Shown here piece by piece: positions 1-9,400 of a DNA stretch of 64,000 bases (its first letter is position 1; each line of letters opens with the position of its first letter). This DNA is from Patescibacteria group bacterium. Its GTDB lineage: Bacteria > Patescibacteriota > WWE3 > JAUXAW01 > JAYEID01. The notes beneath the pieces were generated by a model. It worked only from the letters and a program-made list of their open reading frames with translations, ran no database searches and was not told where the DNA came from. The stretch covers positions 2,227 to 66,226 of the forward strand of contig JBMCWH010000002.1 of assembly GCA_048621635.1 (NCBI GenBank), given 5' to 3'. The translations under genes and the position numbers were made by a program.

Positions 1-1
1 T

Positions 2-436
2 AACAAATATTTTGATCGCTATAGTAAGGTGCAAGATTGGTTGGAGAAAGTAGCTCGTGATGCAGTTAAAAATGGATATTCAACTACCCCCATTGGAAGG
101 AAACGGGTTCACTCTGCTCCTGATCCAGATGATCCTAATCGGGAGCGTGCTATTGCCTCTATTGAAAGAAAAGGCAAGAATACACCTATTCAAGGAGCAA
201 GTGCTGATATGATAAAATATGCGTTGGTGTATGTTTGGAAAAGTTTAAAGAAAGAGAATTTAGATGCTTTTCCTGTACATACTGTGCACGATGAAATTGT
301 ATTAGAAGCCAATGAAGAACAAGCAGAACGGGTGAAGACAGTTTTAGAAGAGGAGATGAAGAGGGCAGGGGAGTTGATTTTGACGAAGGTACCTGTAAAA
401 GTAGATGCTATTATTTCGGATATCTGGGAGCACTGA
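2..436 (+). CDS. polA: DNA polymerase I, C-terminal end (gene begins upstream of window)
   Basis: Frame is open from the window edge to TGA 434-436. Family-A polymerase signatures NTPIQGASADMIK and motif C VHTVHDEIVLEA. Confidence 0.9.
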   Translation, partial: NKYFDRYSKVQDWLEKVARDAVKNGYSTTPIGRKRVHSAPDPDDPNRERAIASIERKGKNTPIQGASADMIKYALVYVWKSLKKENLDAFPVHTVHDEIVLEANEEQAERVKTVLEEEMKRAGELILTKVPVKVDAIISDIWEH

Positions 437-437
437 C

Positions 438-456
438 CTCCCAACAGAGTTGGGAG
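438..456 (+). terminator. Hairpin directly after polA stop (CTCCCAAC-AGA-GTTGGGAG)
   Basis: Perfect 8-bp stem with a 3-nt loop, 2 nt after the stop codon. No clear T-run follows, so intrinsic termination is uncertain. Confidence 0.35.
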
Positions 457-520
457 AAATAACCAATAACAAATTTTAAATTTTTAATTATCCGTAATTA
501 TTTTCAACTAATGGCTTTAT

Positions 521-925
521 ATGGTTTATCAACCTTGCGTAGTTAATGATTTAGAATATGATCCAGAAGAACGTACTGCGATTTTTGGTGAGGAAGTTAT
601 TAACTTTGCAAAAGAATTGACTAATGTAACAATAAATCGACCATTAATAAGTTAATTTATTAGATCTGGTACTAGTCTAGGTGCTAATTACATGGAGGCT
701 AATGGTTCTGAATCCGGTCAAGATTTTAGACATAAAATTGCTATATGCAGAAAAGAAGCGCGAGAAACGAAACATTGGTTGAGGATGATTGAAAAAGCAA
801 ACGCAGGTTGTACAGATAAATGTCAAAAACTTTTTAACGAAGCAGACGAGTTGGTTAAAATTTTTTCGAAGATTATTATTTCTTATGATGCAAATCAGAA
901 GAAAAGCAAAACAAAGAGATTTTAA
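521..925 (+). pseudogene. Four-helix-bundle protein (23S rRNA intervening-sequence protein family) interrupted by an in-frame TAA
   Basis: ATG 521 and the track ORF 692-925 share one frame. The joined product reads ...INRPLIS*FIRSGTSLGANYMEANGSES...ICRKEARETKHWL. The TAA at 653-655 sits where this family normally has Gln (CAA). Confidence 0.7.
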
Positions 926-959
926 AATTTAAAATTGGAAATTTAAAATTCCATTTCAT

Positions 960-3008
960 ATGGTTACTTGTCAAATTTGCGGGGAACGTCCCGCCACAAT
1001 TCAAACACAAAAGATAATTGATGGACGTCCAGTAATTCTTAACGTTTGTGAACAATGTTTATCGAAGCTCCAGTCAGGGGCTCAGGAGACGTCTGCCTTA
1101 GATAAGTTTGGGCGAGATCTTACGCAACTTGCCAAAGAAGGAAAGCTAGATCCTGTGATTGGGCGGGAAGAGGAAATAGAGAGAGTTATCCATATACTTT
1201 CTCGGAGAACAAAAAATAACCCAGTTTTAATTGGTGATCCAGGAGTGGGGAAAACAGCAATTGTAGAAGGGTTGGCCCAGCGCTTGGTAGATGGGCAGGT
1301 TCCGGAGACTTTGGGCGGGAAGAGGATAGTTGCTTTAGATATTTCTATGATGTTAGCTGGGGCGGGCGTACGGGGTGAATTTGAGAAACGGTTGAAGCAG
1401 GCAATAAATGAGGTAAGGGAGTCAGAAGGACAGATTATTTTGTTTATTGATGAGTTGCATATAATTGTCGGAGCTGGTGCTGCTGAGGGTGCAATTGATG
1501 CTGCCAATATGTTAAAACCTGCCTTAGCTCGGGGGGAATTGCGGGCTATTGGGGCTACTACTTTGGATGAGTACCGTCGTTATATTGAAAAAGACGGAGC
1601 ATTGGAACGCCGCTTTCAGCCGATAATCATTGAGGAATCCACAGTAGAAGAAACGGAGGAAATTCTTTTGGGACTCAAAGATAGTTATGAGGAACATCAT
1701 CAAGTAGTTATCACTGACGAGGCAATTGAAGCCTGCGCCAATTTGTCTGATCGTTATGTTACTGATAGATTTCTTCCCGACAAAGCAGTAGATCTTTTGG
1801 ATGAAGCCTGTGCAAAGGTGCGACTTTCTGCAATTGAGGAACCGGAGAACCTTCGTAGAGTCACGGAGGAGATTTCGGATATCAAATCACAAATTTCAAA
1901 TACTACGGAAAAAGAAAAGAAAGACGTGCTAAAAAGTAAATTAGAGGAACTAGAAAATGTAAAAGAAGAGTTAACTGAGATTTGGCGGCAGACAAAAATG
2001 GAAGAAGAACCGGAGGTAACAGAAAAAGATGTTGCGGAGATTGTTTCTTCGATGACTGGTATTCCCTTGGAGGATTTATCAGAAGAGGAACAAGAAAAGC
2101 TAGCGCATCTGGAAGAAAGGCTGCACCAAAGAATTGTGGGACAGGATAGAGCTGTTAGAGAGGTAAGCGAAGCTATTCGCCGGTCCCGTGCTGGATTAAA
2201 GGAGAAAAACAAACCAATTGGTTCTTTCCTCTTTTTGGGGCCAACCGGTGTGGGAAAGACGGAATTAACCAAAACCTTGGCAGAGGCTCTTTATGGTAAC
2301 GAGGATTTGATGGTTCGTATTGATATGAGTGAGTATCAGGAGCGTCATACGGTGGCAAGATTGATTGGGTCTCCTCCTGGTTATGTTGGTCACGAAGAAG
2401 GTGGACAATTGACAGAAACAGTTCGTCGTCGCCCCTTTTCTGTTATTTTGCTGGATGAAATAGAAAAAGCACATTCTGATGTGTTTAACCTTCTTTTGCA
2501 AATATTAGATGATGGACGATTAACCGACGGGCAAGGGAGAACAGTAGATTTCAAGAGTACAATTATTATTATGACTTCCAATGTGGGGGGTGAGCTGTAT
2601 TATCATACTGAGGGTGATTCTTTGGAGACTGTGGATACTGAACAGATTGAAAACGAAGTTTGGGAACGTCTGCGCCAGCTATTCAGACCAGAGTTTTTAA
2701 ACCGTTTGGATAGTGTTATTTTCTTTGATGCTTTAACTCCTAAAGAGATTAGGAAAATTGTTGACTTGGAATTAGACAAGGTTAGGGAACGACTTGAAGA
2801 ACAGGATCTAAAGTTGGAGGTTTCTGAAGAGGCAAAAGATTATCTTGCCCGGAAAGGGTTTGACCCTGAGTTTGGTGCCCGCCCTTTGAAACGTATTATT
2901 CAAAAAGAAATTGAGAATGTTATTGCAGGGAAAATTATCTCGGGTCGGGAAGGGTTAGGAGATACTGTAGAAGTTGATTGGCAAGACGGTGAATTGGTTA
3001 TAAGCTAA
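960..3008 (+). CDS. Class-I Clp/Hsp100 AAA+ ATPase (ClpC/ClpB-like) with an N-terminal McsA-type zinc ribbon instead of a Clp_N domain
   Basis: Two AAA+ modules (Walker A GDPGVGKT and GPTGVGKT; Walker B FIDELH and LLDEIEKA; sensor-2 GARPLKR). The N-terminus is CQICGERPA...VCEQC, followed directly by the NBD1 lead-in [27 protein letters not shown]. Confidence 0.9.
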   Translation: MVTCQICGERPATIQTQKIIDGRPVILNVCEQCLSKLQSGAQETSALDKFGRDLTQLAKEGKLDPVIGREEEIERVIHILSRRTKNNPVLIGDPGVGKTAIVEGLAQRLVDGQVPETLGGKRIVALDISMMLAGAGVRGEFEKRLKQAINEVRESEGQIILFIDELHIIVGAGAAEGAIDAANMLKPALARGELRAIGATTLDEYRRYIEKDGALERRFQPIIIEESTVEETEEILLGLKDSYEEHHQVVITDEAIEACANLSDRYVTDRFLPDKAVDLLDEACAKVRLSAIEEPENLRRVTEEISDIKSQISNTTEKEKKDVLKSKLEELENVKEELTEIWRQTKMEEEPEVTEKDVAEIVSSMTGIPLEDLSEEEQEKLAHLEERLHQRIVGQDRAVREVSEAIRRSRAGLKEKNKPIGSFLFLGPTGVGKTELTKTLAEALYGNEDLMVRIDMSEYQERHTVARLIGSPPGYVGHEEGGQLTETVRRRPFSVILLDEIEKAHSDVFNLLLQILDDGRLTDGQGRTVDFKSTIIIMTSNVGGELYYHTEGDSLETVDTEQIENEVWERLRQLFRPEFLNRLDSVIFFDALTPKEIRKIVDLELDKVRERLEEQDLKLEVSEEAKDYLARKGFDPEFGARPLKRIIQKEIENVIAGKIISGREGLGDTVEVDWQDGELVIS

Positions 3009-3178
3009 CACTAAATTGTTGTTCGTCAATCTTCTTTCTATTTTTTATGCGCAAAGACGCCTACAGCGGTGCTCACGCTCAGCGTACCGACCCTCCGTCT
3101 TAGGGTGATGTTATTCGAGTGTTATTTCGATCGAAAAACTTTAATTTGTATCAACTACATGTTATAATCCTCCTCGTT

Positions 3179-3499
3179 ATGGAAAAAGAAAACATTCCTT
3201 CTTTCAATTCTGGCGACACAGTACGTGTGGGTTGGGAGGTTCATGATAATGACGAGACACGTGTTCAGACTTTTGAAGGTGTAGTTATTGCTAAAAAAGG
3301 AAAAGAAGATTACAAAACTTTTACTGTTCGTCGTATTGCTTCGGGTAGAATTGGGGTGGAGCGTATTTTTCCCTTATTTTCTCCTCGCCTAAAATCCTTA
3401 GAAGTGCTTAAGGAAGGCAAAGCACGTCGCTCTAAGTTGTACTATCTTCGTGACCGCGAAGGTAAAAATGCACTTCGTGTTAAGGAAAGAAATAAATGA
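3179..3499 (+). CDS. rplS: 50S ribosomal protein L19
   Basis: GDTVRV...RVQTFEGVVIAKKG...FTVRRI..G.GVERIFPL.SP is typical of L19. ATG 3179 is preferred over the track GTG 3119 because TGtTATAAT lies at 3160-3168. Confidence 0.9.
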   Translation: MEKENIPSFNSGDTVRVGWEVHDNDETRVQTFEGVVIAKKGKEDYKTFTVRRIASGRIGVERIFPLFSPRLKSLEVLKEGKARRSKLYYLRDREGKNALRVKERNK

Positions 3500-3864
3500 A
3501 AACCTCAGCCCAACGAACTGGGCAGTACGGTGAAAATATTGCAGTAAATTATCTTCAAAAACGTAAATACCAAATAATAGAAACAAATTGGCAGTATAAA
3601 GGCAGAAACGAAATAGATATTGTTGCTGTTGACAAAGGTACGTTGGTGTTTGTCGAAGTGCGGGCAAGAAGAGGTAACAATATGCTTTCTCCGCAGGAAA
3701 CAATAACTCCGAAAAAATATAGAAATCTACGGATTGCTGCGCAGCTTTACAAAAAACTGAATCCGGAAACTCCGGATGCGCTAAGAATTGATTTAGTATC
3801 TATAAGTTTTTCGCGAACTTCAGTTTCTCCGAAGATAAAACTCCTAAGAAACATTTCTGTCTAA
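3496..3864 (+). CDS. yraN: YraN-family (UPF0102) endonuclease-like protein
   Basis: GENIAVNYLQKRKYQIIETNW....EIDIVAVDKGTLVFVEVRAR pattern. ATGA overlap with the rplS stop. Confidence 0.8.
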   Translation: MKTSAQRTGQYGENIAVNYLQKRKYQIIETNWQYKGRNEIDIVAVDKGTLVFVEVRARRGNNMLSPQETITPKKYRNLRIAAQLYKKLNPETPDALRIDLVSISFSRTSVSPKIKLLRNISV

Positions 3865-4039
3865 ACGTTAAACGCTACTTTTGACTGTGATCTAATCTTT
3901 GTAAATTTTTTTGATATAAAATAGGAATTTTTGAAGTTCACAATTGAAAATTGCTATTCTAACGAGGTTTCTTAGCTACGGTTAATGTGATACTAATTTT
4001 ATATTATACCTTGGATTGAGATTGGTAGAGGGGGTAGAG

Positions 4040-4606
4040 ATGTTAATTGAGGATGCGGAGACGTTTTTTCGTGAATCTTTTTCCGAAGGGGATCCTGAAT
4101 ACGTGCTCGGTCTTCAACACGTTGAAGAAGTTGTTGCGTGGGCTAAGTGGTTGTTGAACCACTATTCCCAAGCTGACCGAGCTGTGGTTCTTACTGCTGC
4201 TTGGCTGCATGATGTTGGAAGAACTACCAAAGATCATAGCACAGATCATGCTGTTCAGTCCGCACAAATTACTAGACGTTTTCTTAAACGTCGTCTGAAG
4301 CAAGATACCATTGCAAATATTGTTCATTGTGTTCGCGCGCATCGCGTGAAAGAGGTCGTTCCCAAAACACTGGAAGCAAAGATTGTTGCGGTTGCCGATT
4401 CTATTAGTCATATGACGGGTCCTGTTTATATCTTAGTTGGTAAGGAGTTAGGATGGGAATTTGCTTTCAGAAAATTGGATAGAGATTTTCGTGATCTTGA
4501 TCTTTTGCCAAAGATAAAAAAACTATTTGAAGATTTGTACTTCCCGTGGAAACAACTCCTGGGCGCTTCTGATATTGTTTGTGCTGTGCGGGACAAAGAA
4601 ACCTAG
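4040..4606 (+). CDS. HD-domain phosphohydrolase
   Basis: Has the AAWLHDVGR HD motif and downstream His residues. ATG 4040 is preceded by GAGGGGG (4028-4034), while the track start 4016 is TTG. Confidence 0.7.
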   Translation: MLIEDAETFFRESFSEGDPEYVLGLQHVEEVVAWAKWLLNHYSQADRAVVLTAAWLHDVGRTTKDHSTDHAVQSAQITRRFLKRRLKQDTIANIVHCVRAHRVKEVVPKTLEAKIVAVADSISHMTGPVYILVGKELGWEFAFRKLDRDFRDLDLLPKIKKLFEDLYFPWKQLLGASDIVCAVRDKET

Positions 4607-4638
4607 TAAAAGATTTTAATTTCGTCTACCTCTTATAT

Positions 4639-4684
4639 ACGGACGGGTTTCCATATACTTTTGGGCCCGTCCGTCCTTATTATT
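4639..4684 (+). terminator. Hairpin after the HD gene
   Basis: ACGGACGGG (4639-4647) pairs with CCCGTCCGT (4666-4674), followed by a T-rich CCTTATTATTT tail. The loop is large (18 nt). Confidence 0.45.
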
Positions 4685-4783
4685 TACAATAGTAGTTGTA
4701 ATGATAAAATGAATTCAAAAGAGTTTATCAATTACTGTCTACTTCTTTCGTAATTACGATCTGTTCCTTTTTTATTTAGTTCT

Positions 4784-6325
4784 ATGTTACAGAATAAGTC
4801 AAAATCCAAATCAAGATCTCCCGAGAAAAGCCACATTAGACCGCCTGCTGTGGCGGGGTCTTTTTATCCTGCGGATGAAGATATTCTTTCCCAAGAAATA
4901 GAAAATTACCTAGCAGATGTAGAATTAGAAAAGGAGATAGGAAGAGTAAAAGTGTTGATTGTCCCTCATGCCGGACTGCGGTTTTCCGGAAAAGTTGCAG
5001 CGCATGGCTTCAAGGCTCTCCAACGCAAGGGGTTGGAGAGGGTTGTTCTTATCGGGTCTAGTCACCAGTATCCGGTTCGGGGAGCAGTAGTTGATAATCA
5101 TGCTTATTGGCAAACCCCTTTGGGTAAAGTTTCCGTTGATCAAGAGTTTGCTCGGATTTTAGCCGAGTCTGTATCCGGAATTACTTTGGATTCCGAACCA
5201 CATAAACAAGAACATTCTTTGGAAATTGAGCTCCCTTTTCTGCAAACTGTTTTGGGTGATTTCAAAATTGTGCCAATTTTAATTAACAATAGATCTTCCC
5301 AGTTAATTGACCAGATGGCTCAGTATCTTAGTAAAAATGGAGGAAAAGCTACGGTTGTAGTAATTAGTTCTGATCTATCGCATTACCCTTCTCATTCTGA
5401 TGCTAATAGGATAGACAAGGAAACGATAGATGCTATTACATCCGGTTCTGTTGCTCATTTTTTAGATGTAGTTGAAAAAGATATTGGGTCGGTAACAAAT
5501 CTAGCCACCCGAGCTTGTGGAGAAGTTCCAATTGTAGTTGGAATGGAAACAGCTAAAAATTTAGGTGCGAAAGACATTAGATTACTGAAATATGCTAATT
5601 CTGGTGATGTAACTGGTGATAAAAGAAGGGTGGTAGGCTATGCAGCTATTGCTTTTCCAATGGAGAAGCCAACTTCTGAAAAAGATAATGCTAGTCTTTT
5701 TGAAAGAGGTACTAGGGACGGAGGGAGTAGCCAAGGGAATGAGAAAGAGCAATCTTCAGAAACTACACCAGCCAGCTTAGGAGAAAACCAGCAGCAACTT
5801 CTTCTCAATCTTGCTCGGGAAACACTGGAATGCTTTGTGAGAGAAGGCGAAATTCCGGAGTTATCGGTGGATGATCCATCCTTACAAGAACAGCTAGGTG
5901 CGTTTGTAACACTTAAAAAGCCAGAAGATGAGCAAAATTTGCGTGGTTGTATGGGTGTGATTGAGGCAAAGAGGCCTTTGTGGAAAGTTGTTCAAGATCG
6001 TACGGTAGCTGCTGCTTCTAAGGACCCCCGTTTTTTACCAGTTACTCCGGATGAATTAGATAATATCGAAATTGAGATTTCTGTGCTTTCTAAGCCAAGG
6101 CTAGTTGATGATCCCAGTGAAATAGAATTAGGAAAACACGGAGTTATATTGGAGAAAAATGGGCGCGGTGGGGTCTTTCTTCCTCAGGTAGCAGAAGAAA
6201 CTGGATGGGATCTGGAGAATTTTCTTGGGCACCTGTGTACGCACAAAGCAGGGTTAAGACCAGATTGTTGGAAATCTTCCGAGACTTGCCTCTTCATATT
6301 CACAGCGCAAGTTTTTCCAGAATAG
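4784..6325 (+). CDS. Fusion of MEMO1-family protein (AmmeMemoRadiSam system protein B) and AMMECR1 domain (system protein A)
   Basis: The N-terminal half has RPPAVAGSFYPAD...VLIVPHAGLRFSG...SSDLSHY (MEMO). The C-terminal half has LGAFVTLKK...LRGCMG...DPRF.PV...IEISVLS...GVFLPQV..E.GW (AMMECR1). They are joined by a Ser/Glu/Gly-rich linker. Confidence 0.85.
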   Translation: MLQNKSKSKSRSPEKSHIRPPAVAGSFYPADEDILSQEIENYLADVELEKEIGRVKVLIVPHAGLRFSGKVAAHGFKALQRKGLERVVLIGSSHQYPVRGAVVDNHAYWQTPLGKVSVDQEFARILAESVSGITLDSEPHKQEHSLEIELPFLQTVLGDFKIVPILINNRSSQLIDQMAQYLSKNGGKATVVVISSDLSHYPSHSDANRIDKETIDAITSGSVAHFLDVVEKDIGSVTNLATRACGEVPIVVGMETAKNLGAKDIRLLKYANSGDVTGDKRRVVGYAAIAFPMEKPTSEKDNASLFERGTRDGGSSQGNEKEQSSETTPASLGENQQQLLLNLARETLECFVREGEIPELSVDDPSLQEQLGAFVTLKKPEDEQNLRGCMGVIEAKRPLWKVVQDRTVAAASKDPRFLPVTPDELDNIEIEISVLSKPRLVDDPSEIELGKHGVILEKNGRGGVFLPQVAEETGWDLENFLGHLCTHKAGLRPDCWKSSETCLFIFTAQVFPE

Positions 6326-6336
6326 TTGATTAGAAC

Positions 6337-6369
6337 GCCAATTAATAATCTCGGACTTTATTAATTGGC
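6337..6369. repeat. REP-like palindrome copy A (GCCAATTAATAA-TCTCGGACT-TTATTAATTGGC)
   Basis: Perfect 12-bp arms with a 9-nt loop. Positions 6329-6370 are identical to 39370-39411. Confidence 0.9.
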
Positions 6370-6441
6370 TTTTTAATGCACTGTATTTTATCTAAGCAAA
6401 GTATGTTGTTTCCAATAAGTTAAGGTGCTAAACTCAAACAA

Positions 6442-9400
6442 ATGAAGATAAAAAATGTAATTAAAATTCAACTTATTGGCATCTTTTCTTTGCTTCTTTT
6501 CTTTTTCTCTAGGTCTGGGCACGTCTTTGCTTATAATTCTCCGCGGATGTATCTAACTGATCTAAATATAGAGAGAACTGATTATCAGGTCGGGGATAAG
6601 ATAAGAGGAGAATTCAAAACCTGGAATACGGAGAGCTATGGGCTTGTAGGTGTAAATTGTCTTGCTTCGGTAGCTATTCCTTCAGAAAATACAGCGCCCT
6701 TGCAATTAGATTTGAAGAAAGTTGCAACCTTAGATTTTGCAGAGGAATCTAAGCGAACACACCAATTTAGCTACACACTTCCCGAAGCGCTACCCACTGG
6801 GACATTTACTTTTAAAGTCTTTTTAGAACTAGATAACGGAATCCCTCTTGGTTGGGATACTGAGAATATTGAAGTTCAGGGGGGTGGCCCTTTTATTTTT
6901 CTTGCTGATACTGCAGTTTTAAAAGATTCGGAAAGCTATCCACCGGGAGTGGGTGTGAAGTATCCTTCTAATCAATATCCTATTTTTAAATTTACTGCGA
7001 AAAATCAGAGCGCAGAAGAGCTCACTGTTTATCCCAAAATAACTGTTCACAAAAGGACCCAGGCCGGTGAGATTTTCAGAACATTGAAAAGACCTTCCCG
7101 TACATTCAAAGGAAAGGAAAGTAAAGCTATAGAAATAGATGGCCCTCTTCTTGATCTTCCGGGTACTTATATAGCTAAGGTTGCGCTCTATACTCAGGAA
7201 GATGTCTCTGTATCTAATCCTGTGATTTTTCGCTGGAGTGTTAAGGGTGTGAGTAGTACTATTCTTAATGTTACCCCACCGGAAGAAAATTATGACCAGA
7301 ATGAGCAGCCAGAAATCCGCGTAGATTATGCTGGGCCTGCGGACGGTTCTGATCAAGGGGAAGCGACTTTAAGAATTGAACTTTATGATGCAAAAGGTGT
7401 TGCAGGAGAGAAAGTGACAACTGTTGACCTTGGTCCTGAAGGGGGGAGTGTTACTTTGTCTCCCCAGCTAGGAAGGGCCTGTAAAGATTGCCAAGTTAGA
7501 ACTGAGATTTCCAAAGCTGGCACATCCTTGGATTCCAAGGATGTTCGTAATCTAGGAGAGTTATTGGATGAAGATGAAGCATCGCGTAAAGGGGGACGCC
7601 TTTTGTTGCAGGTAGGTATCTGTGTGGTTCTTCTGTTACTGGTGTTAGCAGCTTTAATTTTTGTTTTTATTTCTTCCGAGAAGAGAAAGAAAATTATTCA
7701 CCGCGTTACTAGGCTGTTTAGTTCAAAAGCTATGTTGTTTTTGTTAGCGTTTGGTTTTTTGTTTTCCTTTCCTAAAAACTGTTTTGCTGCCGGGAGTATT
7801 ACTTGGAATAAACCTCTACAAGATAGTGTTTACCTTCCCGGTGACGATATAGAGTTTCAAGGGATAGTCTATATAGATTATTGTGTTGATAAATTGTTTA
7901 ATTGGACTGTGGAATATAGTATTGTCGATGATAAGGATGATTCCACTAAGGAAGTTTTTCTAGGGCGTACTGTTGTTGATGACTCTTTTTACGACGGAAG
8001 TCATCATTACGAGATAAAAGTTTTTGATAGTGAGGGGACTGTTTTAAAGGAGCAAGAAACAACAAAACATCCCAGCCAATGGCCTGGTGCCCCTGGTGCA
8101 GATTCAGCTACCTATCCTACTTTTGATCCTGATAATAATCCTGTCTTTTTTGAATTCCCTTCTGGATTTAACCAGGAGTATGTATGGGCTAAGGTTCATA
8201 TGGAAGGAGAAGGATATTCGGGGGAGGTGGAAGCTACTGCTTATGAGCGGTTGAGAATCCCTCAGCAGAGTCTTACTGGCTATGTTTGGGAAGACGCTAA
8301 TAGCGATGGAGTGAAAGATTCTGGAGAGGATATTTCCGGGGAGGCAAGTGTGTGGTTAGATGATGTTACTAGACAGGAACTTGATCCCGAAGGTTTTTCT
8401 GTCAATGTTTCACCTGGTAATTATCGTGTCTATATTGAACCTGAGGGATGTTTTTGCCTTACGTACTGGAACAGAAGTTCTCCGCCATCTGATAGTGGAG
8501 CAGTTTTCAGTTACCAGGAAGATCTTGCTGGTGTCTGGTATGCTGATGTGGGTGAGATACAAGAAGACGAAAGTAAGCATGCTTATTTAGGAATTAAAAA
8601 AGCTGGTTTTGCCCTTGATCCTGTTTCAGAAGACCTTACTGTAGGCACAACTGGTTCAACTTCTGCAACATTTTTGATTGAACACAATGGTTGTTGGGAA
8701 AATAATGAGGAAATAGATTTATCCTTAAAAGATGTTCCTGCTGTCTCTGGTATTTCTGCTTCATTATCTCATAACAGTTTGGTTCCCACTGATACAGGTG
8801 TTAATTTTCGCTTGGATGTGGAGACAGATAATGCTCCTGAAGGTACTTATAATTTTCAAATTCGCGCCGAGGACGGGTGTGGAAATACTGAGTCTGCAAA
8901 TATTAGTTTGAAGGTAGAGGTACCTTTGATGGATGCTTGGTTTCAATCGGAGGCGGGAGATATATACGCACGAAAAGGAATTTCTAACATAATTCCCTCT
9001 GTTGATGAGGCACTTCCTTTTCGCAATGAATCCCGCTTTGTTGATCTAGCTTCCCAATATAATTACTTGTCAATGAGCAATACAAGTCCGGGTGTTATTC
9101 TCTCTGGCAATTCAATGGATCTTGGAACTTCTGGCGAAATTTCAGAGCAATCTTGGCAGGCCGAGGATTATCTGATAGGGTTTTACGATCCTACACCAGT
9201 GGAAAGGTATACATATGATTATAATTTCTTTGATGCAAACTTAATTGCGGATTGTGTGCTTACAGGTGATGCTGAAATGGGTGGGAGTGAGCAGGAAGGG
9301 GAAATCCTGACGGCAGACGGCAGCTGTACTCCTGCAAACAACCAGGTAATCAAAGTTAACGGAGATTTGGATATTCTTGGCGGAGAGGGTTTTCAAAATG

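Noticed and set aside
653-655. Alternative genetic code (stop-codon reassignment), prompted by the in-frame TAA in the four-helix-bundle gene and the TGA/TAA between the two CxxC ORFs at 33510-33542.
   Set aside because: TAA, TAG and TGA all terminate well-conserved genes at the expected positions: polA TGA, ruvC TGA, tldD TGA, clp TAA, uvrC TAG. Code 11 therefore applies, and the internal stops are best read as lesions.
925-960. Recurrent AAATTTAAA / AATTTCAAATG strings (925-960, 21725-21760, 22650-22673), considered as a dispersed repeat.
   Set aside because: These are very AT-rich low-complexity strings of the kind expected in promoter and start regions of an AT-rich genome. The copies are short and inexact.
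1082-2581. Track ORFs antisense to or nested within the Clp ATPase gene. Similar ORFs lie inside the surface-protein, uvrB, uvrA, tldD, rarA, gpmI, porA and transglutaminase genes.
   Set aside because: They lie entirely within well-supported long genes on the opposite strand or in another frame. They have low-complexity or Ser/Cys/Phe-rich translations and no start-site signals. They are typical shadow ORFs.
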